64,000 nucleotides of DNA from an uncultured Verrucomicrobiae bacterium (GCA_963735805.1 CAVTMK010000002.1:640001-704000); one strand, 5' to 3'; counted from the first letter of the stretch, positions 1 through 9,468 are shown. Notes: generated by a model from the letters alone, not told the origin. A program made the numbers and translations.

Positions 1-1219
1 TGCGCTGCGCCCTTTTTATGGCCCTCGTGAAATAGCGATCGAGCAGAAGATTGGGTAATGCTGCATTGCGCTTGTAGGCGTCGACTATCCGGTTCAAAAA
101 TTTTGCGCGAATGATGCAGCCGCCCCGCCAGATAGTAGCGATGTCGCCGAGGTTGAGGTTCCACTTGTATTCTGCGCTTCCAGAACGCAGAAGCTCCATT
201 CCCTGGGCGTAAGAAACAATTTTGGATGCATAAAGCGCGTCGCGTATTGCATCGATGAATCGCGGCCGATTGCCTTTGAATTTTCGAGCTCTCGGTTGTG
301 GCAGAATTTTGGATGCGGCCACGCGCTCTTCTTTTTGATCGGAGACGACGCGGGCTTCAACAGCGGCGTTGATTGTTGAAATGACGACGGATTGCCTGAT
401 GGCAGCCTGGAGTGTCCAGATGCCCGTTCCTTTTTGTCCGGCTTTGTCGAGAATCATATCGACCAGAGGCTTGCCCGTGTCAGGATCGCTCTTTCGAAAA
501 ATCTGGGAGGTAATTTGAATCAGATAGCTATCCAACTCGCCTTTGTTCCATTCTGCAAAGACCTCGGCGAGCTCCGGAGCTTGCATCTCCAGGATATCTT
601 TCATGATCGCATACGCTTCACAGATCAATTGAATGTCGCCGTACTCGATGCCGTTGTGCACCATCTTGACGTAATGACCGGCGCCATCCGGCCCCATGTA
701 TCGACAGCACGGTTCCCCATCGACTTGCGCGGCGATCTTGCGAAAGATCGGGGCGATAATCTCCCAGGATTCACGCGACCCGCCCGGCATGAGCGAAGGA
801 CCTTTGAGAGCGCCTTCTTCCCCTCCGGAAACGCCCATACCCACAAAGTGAATTCCTTTCTCCTCCAACTCCTTGCCGCGCCGTTGCGTGTCGGTGAACA
901 GGGAATTTCCTCCGTCGATGATGATATCGCCTTTTTCCAGCAGCGGCACGAGTTGGCTGATAACCGAGTCCACCGGTGCGCCTGCTTTCACCATCATCAT
1001 GGCTATCCGCGGCTTTTTAAGCGCGGCTATGAATTCCTCCAACGTCGTGGTTGGTTGAATGTTTTTTCCTTGGCCGCGTCCACCGGCAAACTTTTCCGTG
1101 ATCTCGGTGGTGCGATTAAAGACGGCAACGGAGAATCCTTTCGATTCCATGTTGAGGGCGAGATTCTCACCCATGACACCTAGACCGATCAGGCCAATAT
1201 CACATTGATTCATATTCAT
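1..1219 (-). CDS. gndA: 6-phosphogluconate dehydrogenase, NADP-dependent decarboxylating (3'-partial, runs off the window)
   Basis: Not in the ORF track because it has no stop in the window. Manual minus-strand translation gives MNMNQCDIGLIGLGVMGENLALNMESKGFSVAVFNRT and, in the same frame, DALYASKIVSYAQG...IATIWRGGCIIRAKFL. Alternative ATG at 1213. Confidence 0.95.
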   Translation of the reverse strand, partial: MNMNQCDIGLIGLGVMGENLALNMESKGFSVAVFNRTTEITEKFAGGRGQGKNIQPTTTLEEFIAALKKPRIAMMMVKAGAPVDSVISQLVPLLEKGDIIIDGGNSLFTDTQRRGKELEEKGIHFVGMGVSGGEEGALKGPSLMPGGSRESWEIIAPIFRKIAAQVDGEPCCRYMGPDGAGHYVKMVHNGIEYGDIQLICEAYAIMKDILEMQAPELAEVFAEWNKGELDSYLIQITSQIFRKSDPDTGKPLVDMILDKAGQKGTGIWTLQAAIRQSVVISTINAAVEARVVSDQKEERVAASKILPQPRARKFKGNRPRFIDAIRDALYASKIVSYAQGMELLRSGSAEYKWNLNLGDIATIWRGGCIIRAKFLNRIVDAYKRNAALPNLLLDRYFTRAIKRAQR

Positions 1220-1285
1220 TTTGATATCTTGTTTTCCAACAGCTCGAAAAGAGGGCTCACCCACTGTAGCGAGCATTTGAACCTT

Positions 1286-1720
1286 ATGGCAAATCCAGTT
1301 TGTGAAGTTTTAGTGACAGAAACGCAGCTCGATGCGCCAGAGAATCGAATGGACCCCGCTACAGGCGCGAAAGTTGATTTTCAAGGGATTGTTCGCAGCT
1401 CCGAGGATGGAGGCGAAATCGAAGGCATCGATTACGAGGCCCACCGGGAAATGGCCGAACATCAGCTGAAACAAATTGCCCAGCAGGCCGCGATTCAATT
1501 TGGGATTCGATCGGTTATCATTCATCACCGGATCGGATTTGTCGCTGTTGGGCAATCCTCGCTGTTTATGCGAGTGTGTAGCGGACATCGCGAAGCGGCA
1601 TTTCAAGCGAGTCGATGGATCGTGGACGAGCTGAAGAAAAAAGTTCCGATTTGGAAACGGCCAAAATTTAAAGTCCAGAACCTCCGCCAGGTCCCGCATC
1701 GCGAGTCTGCTACAATATGA
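1286..1720 (+). CDS. moaE: Molybdopterin synthase catalytic subunit
   Basis: GAKVDFQGIVR, IDYEAHREMA, HHRIG, HREAAF and LKKKVPIWK motifs. Start set at ATG 1286. Confidence 0.9.
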   Translation: MANPVCEVLVTETQLDAPENRMDPATGAKVDFQGIVRSSEDGGEIEGIDYEAHREMAEHQLKQIAQQAAIQFGIRSVIIHHRIGFVAVGQSSLFMRVCSGHREAAFQASRWIVDELKKKVPIWKRPKFKVQNLRQVPHRESATI

Positions 1721-2295
1721 ACTGGGCGAATCGGATTACTCTGAGCCGGCTGGCGCTGACAGTGCTTTTCGTCGTGTCGCTCAATTCCTCCTGGCAATAT
1801 GCCCGTACCACCGCTTTGGTCATCTTTCTCATCGCGGGTCTCACCGATTTTATCGATGGCGAAATCGCCAGGCGTTACGGCGTGATTACAAACTTTGGCA
1901 AGTTGATGGACCCGCTCGTGGACAAGATCATGATGGCCGCCGCCTTTATTTCACTGGTTCCTCTTAAAGCTGTGCCCGCATGGGCGGCCACAACGGTGGT
2001 AGCGCGAGATTTTCTAATTACTGGTTTGCGCTTGATGGCCAGTGCCAGGGGCGAAATTCTACCAGCAGAGCGACTCGGGAAACAGAAAACATCGTGGCAA
2101 ATCATCACTATTATTTTCTTCCTTACTCTCCTGTCGATGGCAGAACTGCGATATGTCAGCGAGAAATCGACGTGGTGGGTACACGCTTGGACTGAAGCCG
2201 GTCCGGTTTTGGTGTGGATTACCGTGGCACTGACGCTTTACTCCGCGGTTGGCTTTACGTGGCGCAACCGCGGGCTAATTGAGCCCGATCAATAG
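1717..2295 (+). CDS. pgsA: CDP-diacylglycerol--glycerol-3-phosphate 3-phosphatidyltransferase
   Basis: NxITLSR and the CDP-alcohol phosphotransferase motif TDFIDGEIAR...FGKLMDPLVDK; several TM segments. Confidence 0.92.
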   Translation: MNWANRITLSRLALTVLFVVSLNSSWQYARTTALVIFLIAGLTDFIDGEIARRYGVITNFGKLMDPLVDKIMMAAAFISLVPLKAVPAWAATTVVARDFLITGLRLMASARGEILPAERLGKQKTSWQIITIIFFLTLLSMAELRYVSEKSTWWVHAWTEAGPVLVWITVALTLYSAVGFTWRNRGLIEPDQ

Positions 2296-2313
2296 AGCGC
2301 CAAATCGAACCCG
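2295..2313 (-). repeat. Degenerate copy of the tRNA-Gly 3' end (possible old att scar)
   Basis: gagcgccaaatcgaacccg versus gagcgggcaacgggaatcgaacccg (9397-9421). The 11-bp aatcgaacccg and the leading gagcg are kept, with an internal deletion. Confidence 0.45.
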
Positions 2314-2645
2314 TATTTGCAACTCGCCGTTCGTTAGGATGCTGGGAAAACCGCGCGGTAAATTTGGTTCGAGCTTTGTTGACTACCTGGCGCGCATCGC
2401 GACGGAAAACGGGCGTTACGATTGTCATAGAGTTGCAAAGAACGTCGGAAATCTTTACTGCTTTAAAGTCGTGGTATAATATCTTCGTTTTGTGGATGTT
2501 ACATACTATTTCATCAAACCAGTAAACAATCGTCTGAAGCCCTTTACAATGTGGTTTCGAGGCTCGGCTAGTTGATCTCAGTTGTTTAGATCGTAATTCA
2601 CTGTTAAACAGAGATTTATGCTTCGTTTGGTAAATCGCTTTCTGT

Positions 2646-2660
2646 TGGCACGAGATCTGC
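2646..2660 (+). promoter_or_regulatory. Sigma-54 (-24/-12) promoter candidate
   Basis: TGGCACGAGATCTGC fits GG-N10-GC with the TGGCACG core. It lies 37 nt before the VPDSG-CTERM gene, downstream of an AT-rich region. Confidence 0.6.
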
Positions 2661-2697
2661 GCCATCCAAGCAGTCAAGCCCGTTTTGCGCCGCTAGC

Positions 2698-3252
2698 ATG
2701 CAAACTGACTCTTTTTTAAAACACAAATTCTGGCTGCTGTGCATGGTTTTTTGCGGAGCAATGCTCGCATCGAGCCACGACGCTTGGGCGCTTAGCATCG
2801 GTGATTCCCACGAGCTAGGTTTTCTTTGGCCGGGCACACAACAGAAAACAAATCAAAACAAGATCGTCTACGTGAATCATTTGATTGGAATGGCCCTTGG
2901 CACGATCGACGTCGCTAATGGCGAGGTCTATTCTCGCTCGAACCATGGTTTTAAATCGTTGCCGACAGCCGGCCAAGCGTTCAGCGGTGGCGGTAGAACG
3001 ATAAGGCTTGGCGCAAGTGGCCTATACACATACCTGTTTGCATCGTACATGGGCTACGGCACTGAAGTCTGGTACGTTGGCAATCTGAACGGGATAATTA
3101 CAATTCCGCTTCTAGCCGCTGGGCACCACCTCACCGGATGGACTCTTTTTGGCCCGCGCAGTGTAGGCGTACCAGACGGCGGCCTCACGGTAGCGTTGCT
3201 TGGTGCGGCTCTCGCGGTGCTTGCTTTGACACGACGCTTCTTAATTCGTTAG
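2698..3252 (+). CDS. VPDSG-CTERM sorting-domain surface protein
   Basis: Signal peptide ending SHDAWA; C-terminal VPDGG, TM helix and basic tail (VPDGGLTVALLGAALAVLALTRRFLIR). Confidence 0.85.
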   Translation: MQTDSFLKHKFWLLCMVFCGAMLASSHDAWALSIGDSHELGFLWPGTQQKTNQNKIVYVNHLIGMALGTIDVANGEVYSRSNHGFKSLPTAGQAFSGGGRTIRLGASGLYTYLFASYMGYGTEVWYVGNLNGIITIPLLAAGHHLTGWTLFGPRSVGVPDGGLTVALLGAALAVLALTRRFLIR

Positions 3253-3297
3253 CGGACGTTGTTAATTCCGGGACCCACAAGCCCTTCGTTCTCCGAC

Positions 3298-3786
3298 ATG
3301 AAAAGAACTTACGCTCCGACATTGATTGAAAGTATCGGCGTCGCTGGGGGGATAATGATTCTGCTCGGTTTTACCGTTGTAAGGGGTGAACCGCCCGTGT
3401 CGACGATCAAAACTCCTGGTCCCTATCCGTATGAAACACCTGCGCAACTTCCGGCACCGCCGCCAGTAGCAGAATCATCGCCGTTACCTTCGCCCGCTCC
3501 ATTTCCCTATCCTGACTCCGTCGCGCCTTCGTCCGTTCACGATTCACGAACGGCGGATGCCCGTCGCCCGCTGACAGCAAAATCTGTGCGCAAAGCCGCA
3601 TTCAAATACAATGGAGTCGCAAATTTCTGTGGATTTCTGGCAGCGCTTCCTGCCGATATGAGTGTTTTTGATCCAAAACTCGGGAGAACACGCACTCTTG
3701 TAAAAGGAGGCCATGTTGTACGGAAAAATGTAGTTTGGCTTCGTAAAAGCAAGCAAACGGCCGCGCACCAACCAGGCGGAACATAA
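3298..3786 (+). CDS. Hypothetical protein with N-terminal hydrophobic segment, Pro-rich linker and a C-terminal region duplicated at 7931-8128
   Basis: ORF with ATG at 3298; hydrophobic stretch IGVAGGIMILLGFTVV; Pro-rich tract. Confidence 0.55.
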   Translation: MKRTYAPTLIESIGVAGGIMILLGFTVVRGEPPVSTIKTPGPYPYETPAQLPAPPPVAESSPLPSPAPFPYPDSVAPSSVHDSRTADARRPLTAKSVRKAAFKYNGVANFCGFLAALPADMSVFDPKLGRTRTLVKGGHVVRKNVVWLRKSKQTAAHQPGGT

Positions 3787-3792
3787 GAACGA
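3589..3792 (+). repeat. 204-bp direct repeat, copy 1
   Basis: Aligns without gaps to 7931-8134 (offset 4342); 7 mismatches counted by eye. Confidence 0.95.
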
Positions 3793-3815
3793 GCGGGCAA
3801 CGGGAATCGAACCCG
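3791..3815 (-). repeat. 25-bp perfect duplicate of the tRNA-Gly 3' end (att-like site)
   Basis: gagcgggcaacgggaatcgaacccg is identical to 9397-9421. Confidence 0.9.
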
Positions 3816-3825
3816 ATTACAGGAT

Positions 3826-4093
3826 TTGCGATGTTGCGTGATTTCGCTTGGTAGCTTTTGGCGCGGTGATGCATTATTCCTCGCCGGCAGCGCTCTTTGC
3901 GCATCGTCTCCATGCACGGTGGTTAGAGCCGATCCGCAAGCGGTGGTCGTAGCCACCAAATGGCTTTCGGTGTTCGATGCTCACAACTACGTAGAGGCTT
4001 GCGCCATCTTTCCAGATCAATGGCAATTTTTTGACTGATGCTGAGTTGAAGGATGGTGACACAATACGATTTGGTTCCGTCAGAGTGGGTTTT
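3826..4093 (+). pseudogene. Gene remnants: a DUF4019-like fragment and an FHA-domain C-terminal fragment in different frames
   Basis: AVVVATKWLSVFDAHNYVEA resembles a DUF4019 start. The frame from 4016 reads INGNFLTDAELKDGDTIRFGSVRVGF, typical of an FHA C-terminus. Confidence 0.4.
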
Positions 4094-5137
4094 TGCGGGA
4101 GGTTACCGCAAACCTTGTTCAAGCCACGCGATTAAAAAGTTCTGGATCAGTGTTTCGGGCAAAGGCGCACAGCCGATTGCGTTCGCGATGGCGTCAGCAT
4201 CCTTAAACTTGGTGTGAAGCACAACGGCGATTTCAAAAAAGGCCTTGTGCGTGAGATGCCATTCGGATATGCACTCCGATAAGGCAGCCAAGCGAACGTT
4301 GGCACAACTGATTGATCGATGGAGGTTGGTCTGGAAATTTTGAGCGGAGCGAGATTGTCTCGCCGATAGGAAGCATTGCCAGTAAAGTTGTCGGAACTAA
4401 ATCTGGTAACGCCCGATGCGCGTCATCGCCGCCCGCTCAAAGTTTAAAACGCAACGGACCACCGCCAAGAGCCTCCTCTTACAGTTGGATTCGTATTGCA
4501 TCGCCGCTTCGGATGGTGGTGCTTTTACTCCTCACTTCGTTCTACGGAAATGGCGGAACGAAGTTCTTTCAACGACTGCAAGCAGCTAGGAATTAAATGG
4601 GAACTAACCCAGTCGGTGTTTATGAATCAGCAGCCTTTCCTGAATGGTCTGATTTCGATGATTGTCACGGCAGAGATTGCATTTTCATGCAATTCACTTT
4701 ATCTGTTCGCTTGAACATGTGCTAGCCAAATAAACGGCCAAGCGCTATCACCAAAACCCACCCGACTCCTTGCTCCAAAAGGCGCTCAAGCTCGCCACAC
4801 CGGCGAACTCTTGCTCAGGACGCGGCCCAAAACCTACCGCGCTATCGTGAGAGAACTCGCCGAGCCAAACGCTAGTGTTAATGGCATCTCCAGATGCTAC
4901 CGCGACAACGTCCGTCCCAACGGTGTCCTTCTGACGCGCATATGGCTGATGATTTCTTTCTCAACCGCATCGCCACCCGACGTTGCACGTGCTGTGTCCT
5001 GTTCGTTGAATTTAAATCTTTTAGCGAATAGGAGCCGCGGACTCTCAGAAGCACGGTGTGCTACGCGGAGACGATCGGATGATCAATGATTATATGATTC
5101 GATGGAGCACGGCCGATCATGACAACTCTCGCCATCA

Positions 5138-5290
5138 AAGTACGACGCGGCGATCGGTCGTTATTTCCGAAACCTGCCGCAGTTCATTCATTACGCCAAT
5201 GCCAACAATGGACTGGTGATTTTGACGATGGACACAAGACTGGTGGCGAACCATATGCCGGCACTGCTGATCGGTCCGAGGATTGCTTAA
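5138..5290 (+). pseudogene. Fragment resembling the C-terminal part of a phosphoesterase / acid phosphatase
   Basis: Reads KYDAAIGRYFRNLPQFIHYANANNGLVILTMDTRLVANHMPALLIGPRIA*, which resembles the NSLLxxTxDE...NHIPxIFVGP segment of that family. No upstream start codon in frame. Confidence 0.3.
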
Positions 5291-5394
5291 CCATAAGCAA
5301 ATGATGGCAAACCGCGCGATCCCTTGCCTGGTGCGCATATAATGGGCCCTCGGCGCTGGTATGCTGAAATCAACTGCGCCACGGAGGAGGCTCT

Positions 5395-7782
5395 TCAAGG
5401 TGCGGCCAACGTCCAGCCAGCCGGAATAGTTGGTCCCCACGCGGCGCCGGTGTAAACATTGTTACTGAGATACCAGATCGCCGTTTGTCGAGTGTTAGTG
5501 TTATAAAGCGTATAGTCTGGATTGCCGTCACCGTTAAAGTCGGTTGTGGCTACCAGTGCCCAGTCGCTGGGAAGGACGGGCCCCCAGGCGGCACCAACGA
5601 GGGTTAATCCCGATAAGTAGCCGATAGCTGTGTAGCCTGAGCTGGGATGGAACAAGAGATAATCTGGGTGACCGTCGTGATCAAAATCCGCTGCACCCAC
5701 CACTGTCCAGCCTGGCGGGAGAGTTGGACCATAGCCACCACCCGTGTGAACGTTATTGTTCATGTACCAGATCGCTGTTTGATGCGTGGCACTGTTATAA
5801 AGCACATAATCCGGTCTGCTATCGCCGTTAAAATCGGCCGTGCCCACCAATTCCCATCCACTGGGAAGGGTCGGCCCGTCGGCGCTCCTGATGAACGTTG
5901 GTCCAGATAAATACCAAAGTGCCGTTTGATTCGTATTTGCGGCGAATAGGGCATAATCTGGATGGCTGTCGAGATCGAAATCCGCCACACCTCTCAACGC
6001 CCAACCAGCCGCAAGAGTGGGGCCGAGCGCGGCGCCGATGACAACGTTGTTGTTCAGGTACACGATCTCTGTTTGGCCCGTGGCGGCATGACGGATCACC
6101 CAGTCCGGGTGGCCGTCACCGTTAAAGTCAGTCGTAGCTGCGCTAGGCGTAGGTGTCGTTGTTGCAGTTGGCGTAGGTGTCGGTGGTGGTGGAGTCGGAG
6201 TAGATATTGGTGTTGACGTTGCGGTAGCTGTTGGAGTAGACGTTGGCGTTGCTGTTGACGTAGGGCTAGCACTCGGCGTAGGGGTTCCGGTGGGCGTCGG
6301 TGTAGGAGTACCTGTTCCGGTTGCCAGCGGATGCGGGTAAACATAAGGCGTGTATCCCGGCATCGGCGCGTTGTTAAAGTAATGCACATTGGCTCTGACA
6401 CCCGGGCCTGCGCTAAAATTGACTTGTGCGTTACCAGTCGTGTTGTTCCACGAGTAGCACGGCTCGGTTACTTGATCGTTCCATCCGGCAGGTCGAACGG
6501 GCGGGTTGCCAGTAATCAAAGAACCGAGCGCCCGACCGGGCTGATCCAGGGCGTGAACTACCTTGCGAATTTCAAGTGAATCGCCTGCGCAGAAGGACAT
6601 GGCTGGCGGTGTCGGATAACCACCGTCATCCGAGTAAGTGATCGTATTCGATGTGTTGCTCAGAATCTCGCTGAAACTAATGCTGCCTGAGCTGCAAACA
6701 TCGCTGGTGCGCCTGACAGCGTATCCTGCCCAGTAGTTCGTTGTCCAGTTAGCGCCGGAGACGGTCACGGTTCTGTTCGAGCTGTTGGACGCCGCCGTCC
6801 CCGTGAAGAATGCGTTCGGCTCGTTCACATCCCATGCATTTGTCCCGTCAGCGCCGCCCCAGGGGTCAAACGGGTAAAAGTTTCGGAAATTTTCAAGCGT
6901 AAACGTCGCTGAATCGCCCCAATATCCGCTAATGCTGTTGTCGTGAAACAGCACCCCTCCTGAGCGTACGCCGCCTATGAACCTGTTAAGATCCGTTCCG
7001 GTAAATGTATTGTTATACACTTCCATTGCCCTGCCGCCGCGCGTGCGTCCTGTGCTTTCGGTGCCGTGATTGGATATGAGTCCGTTGAAAATATTGTTGT
7101 GCCTGACGACGAATCGGCCTCCTCCGTAGGAATCTGTAACGCCTTTTTCGGATTGGTCGCTGTGCGTAAAGGTGTTATCCTCGATGAACAAGAACTGCGA
7201 TGAGCCAAAGCCAGTCGGTGCCGCCCACGAACCGTCACCCAGGGTTCGTCCGTTCCAATAGGAGTCGTAGATATTGATTGGCAGGCCAGTCCTGTCGATT
7301 ACGAACGCGTTGTGATCTATTACTCCGATTACCGTATCGAATACCGACGCACCGTTCATGTTGTTCCATTTACAATGGTCAAAACGAAATTTCGAGCCGT
7401 CGGTGTTTGAACCGACAACACGCAATATGTCAGATGCCCTGTTCGTTCGGCCTCCGTCCTGAAATTCAATCCCGGTGATGCGCGTTAGATTGCCTGCGGC
7501 GAGCGTGACCTGAATGAGTTGACCGGATTGCAAGCCGTCCCTGACAACTGTGACGCCTACTCCTGCACCTTGGAGAGTGATAGCCTTGGTTATTGTAATC
7601 CCAGTTGACCATGTAAACGTGCCGGCTGGAATCGTGATCGTGTCGCCGTTTTGGGCCTGGTTGTTGTGGATCTGCTGGATATTTTGCGGCGTTCCATCCG
7701 AGTTCCAAACCGCGGCCGCGCAGCGCGGGGCGGAAAAGCCGCTCAAAATAAGGATAAACAGAAGGATTCCCGACACCTTCAT
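5395..7782 (-). CDS. Secreted protein: putative beta-helix domain, Thr/Pro linker and C-terminal FG-GAP/VCBS repeats
   Basis: Signal peptide; FIEDNTF/VRHNNI/VYNNTF beta-helix-like turns; (TP)n linker; five DFxxDxxPD repeats. Confidence 0.85.
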   Translation of the reverse strand: MKVSGILLFILILSGFSAPRCAAAVWNSDGTPQNIQQIHNNQAQNGDTITIPAGTFTWSTGITITKAITLQGAGVGVTVVRDGLQSGQLIQVTLAAGNLTRITGIEFQDGGRTNRASDILRVVGSNTDGSKFRFDHCKWNNMNGASVFDTVIGVIDHNAFVIDRTGLPINIYDSYWNGRTLGDGSWAAPTGFGSSQFLFIEDNTFTHSDQSEKGVTDSYGGGRFVVRHNNIFNGLISNHGTESTGRTRGGRAMEVYNNTFTGTDLNRFIGGVRSGGVLFHDNSISGYWGDSATFTLENFRNFYPFDPWGGADGTNAWDVNEPNAFFTGTAASNSSNRTVTVSGANWTTNYWAGYAVRRTSDVCSSGSISFSEILSNTSNTITYSDDGGYPTPPAMSFCAGDSLEIRKVVHALDQPGRALGSLITGNPPVRPAGWNDQVTEPCYSWNNTTGNAQVNFSAGPGVRANVHYFNNAPMPGYTPYVYPHPLATGTGTPTPTPTGTPTPSASPTSTATPTSTPTATATSTPISTPTPPPPTPTPTATTTPTPSAATTDFNGDGHPDWVIRHAATGQTEIVYLNNNVVIGAALGPTLAAGWALRGVADFDLDSHPDYALFAANTNQTALWYLSGPTFIRSADGPTLPSGWELVGTADFNGDSRPDYVLYNSATHQTAIWYMNNNVHTGGGYGPTLPPGWTVVGAADFDHDGHPDYLLFHPSSGYTAIGYLSGLTLVGAAWGPVLPSDWALVATTDFNGDGNPDYTLYNTNTRQTAIWYLSNNVYTGAAWGPTIPAGWTLAAP

Positions 7783-7930
7783 AATTGCGGCTTATCGTTC
7801 CTTGCGATTCGCCGCCCGTCTTCATATCTGATTGAATCGGCATGGCAAGAAAACTTTTTTTATCGAGGCCATTGTTTTTGCAAGCCCAGCGCAGGGAATC
7901 TCTTGGCCAGAGCAGCCAGAATCTTTGCCC

Positions 7931-8134
7931 CGCAAAGCCGCATTCAAATACAATGGAGTCGCAAATTTTTGTGGATTTCTGGCAGCGCTTCCTGCCGATG
8001 TGAGTGTTTTTGATCCAAAACTCGGGAGAACACGCACTCTTGTAAAAGGAGGCCAGGTTGTACGGAAAAATGTAGTTTGGCTTCGTAAACGCAAGCTAAC
8101 GGCCGCGCACCAACCAGGAGGAACATGAGAACGA
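7931..8134 (+). repeat. 204-bp direct repeat, copy 2 (3' part of ORF 7832-8128, probably a 5'-truncated paralog)
   Basis: Matches 3589-3792; reading frame and stop position are conserved (TAA vs TGA). Confidence 0.9.
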
Positions 8135-8214
8135 AAGAGGAATTCGTCCAAAGTAATTGACGAAACAAACGGCTCTTTGATAAATCCAAGAACCGCAACC
8201 TCAACGCGAAACGA

Positions 8215-9267
8215 GTGAATACCGAGGACACAGTTAACACTGTTCTTTATGCGGGCAACGCACTCGGACCTGACAAAATCAGCGCGAACATGAACGATGT
8301 GTATGCTTCTGGGTTCAGTACCATCCTTCTGGGCCTGTTTCACATCGGACGCGGGAAGGGAGCGCACGATCCGCCTCCGGGTGATCAGCAGACTGGCGCT
8401 ATTGTCTTTAACAATCCTAATAATGAGGATCCCGGCTTGGTCGTCGTTTCGAGGGGACAACTTGTTGCTCCAATAGAATGGGTTCAGCAGTTAGAGGAAC
8501 TTCTTAAGGAAAAGAGCGGCAAGGGGGAGGTTACTAAAATAGGCTGCTCGGTAGGGGGCGGAGAAGTCGAGGATTACCAAACCATCTGGCGTTGGTTCGT
8601 AAATAATGGCGAGATTAGCCCTTACTCAGCCCTGTACGAGAATTTCAAGAAACTCCACGACGAGTTACCGTTCATAGACTTCATAGACCTCGATTGCGAA
8701 GAAACCTACTCTGACATTTACCCGAACTACGCCAAGTATGAATGGAAAACAACGGTGATTGCCTTTGGCAACATGCTGAAGCAAATCGGGTTTAACGTAA
8801 CGATCTGTCCCGCCGGAGATGTGAATGGGTGGATGCAAATACTGAATGCCCTGTACAAAGGCCCAAGTGAGAAAAAAACAGTGTCCTGGATGAATTTGCA
8901 GTGTTACGCCGGTGGCGAGGTCAACGACCCAGCCGATTGGGTCGAGGCTATCGACGCCTTGGGACGGGGCATTGACGGCGCATCGTTTACGGTGCCCGGC
9001 CTCTGGTGCTGCCACACCGACCAAGATTATCGTGGGTGGACTCCGGACTCTATGCGGAGTGAGTTCGCCGTCTGGAAGACAAGGAAGAAGAAACCGATCG
9101 CGCTGAAGGGTCGATTCATTTGGGATTATCAAGACATTCTTGCTAACCAAAACTCCACGGCCTGCGATCCGAGTTATTCGAAATCAAAATCCTCCGCCGT
9201 GTATTGCAATGCACTGGTGAACGGTTTGGCCGGGAAAATGCCCCCGAAAGAGAAGGCTCAACCCTAA
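8215..9267 (+). CDS. Glycoside hydrolase family 18-like TIM-barrel protein
   Basis: SVGG motif, DxxDxDxE catalytic motif (DFIDLDCE), NLQCY and a C-terminal FIW. GTG start, no signal peptide. Confidence 0.7.
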   Translation: MNTEDTVNTVLYAGNALGPDKISANMNDVYASGFSTILLGLFHIGRGKGAHDPPPGDQQTGAIVFNNPNNEDPGLVVVSRGQLVAPIEWVQQLEELLKEKSGKGEVTKIGCSVGGGEVEDYQTIWRWFVNNGEISPYSALYENFKKLHDELPFIDFIDLDCEETYSDIYPNYAKYEWKTTVIAFGNMLKQIGFNVTICPAGDVNGWMQILNALYKGPSEKKTVSWMNLQCYAGGEVNDPADWVEAIDALGRGIDGASFTVPGLWCCHTDQDYRGWTPDSMRSEFAVWKTRKKKPIALKGRFIWDYQDILANQNSTACDPSYSKSKSSAVYCNALVNGLAGKMPPKEKAQP

Positions 9268-9397
9268 ATTATTTCGCCTTTTTTGCGGCATCTCGGACAT
9301 CGGCGAACAAATGCGGAAATCAGGGGAAGTGTTATGACTTTACGGCACTGCTGTTATGACTCGACGCTTATTTATCCTGCATAGTCATAGGCAAATG

Positions 9398-9468
<71 letters not shown>

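Noticed and set aside
392..1183. 263-aa plus-strand ORF
   Set aside because: Antisense shadow of gndA, which occupies the minus strand.
1220..1285. Moco riboswitch upstream of moaE
   Set aside because: The 66-bp divergent gap is too short and shows no recognisable structure.
6130..6325. Tandem DNA repeat or array in the FG-GAP gene
   Set aside because: Explained by the Thr/Pro linker codons, which vary at synonymous positions.
3589..8134. Diversity-generating retroelement (TR/VR pair) as the source of the 204-bp repeat
   Set aside because: Only 4 of 7 mismatches are at adenines of copy 1, three are silent, and no reverse transcriptase or avd gene is in the window.
7822..8460. 212-aa minus-strand ORF and the similar ORF at 3537-3959
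   Set aside because: Antisense readings of the duplicated cassette and the GH18-like gene; the silent changes favour the plus-strand frame.
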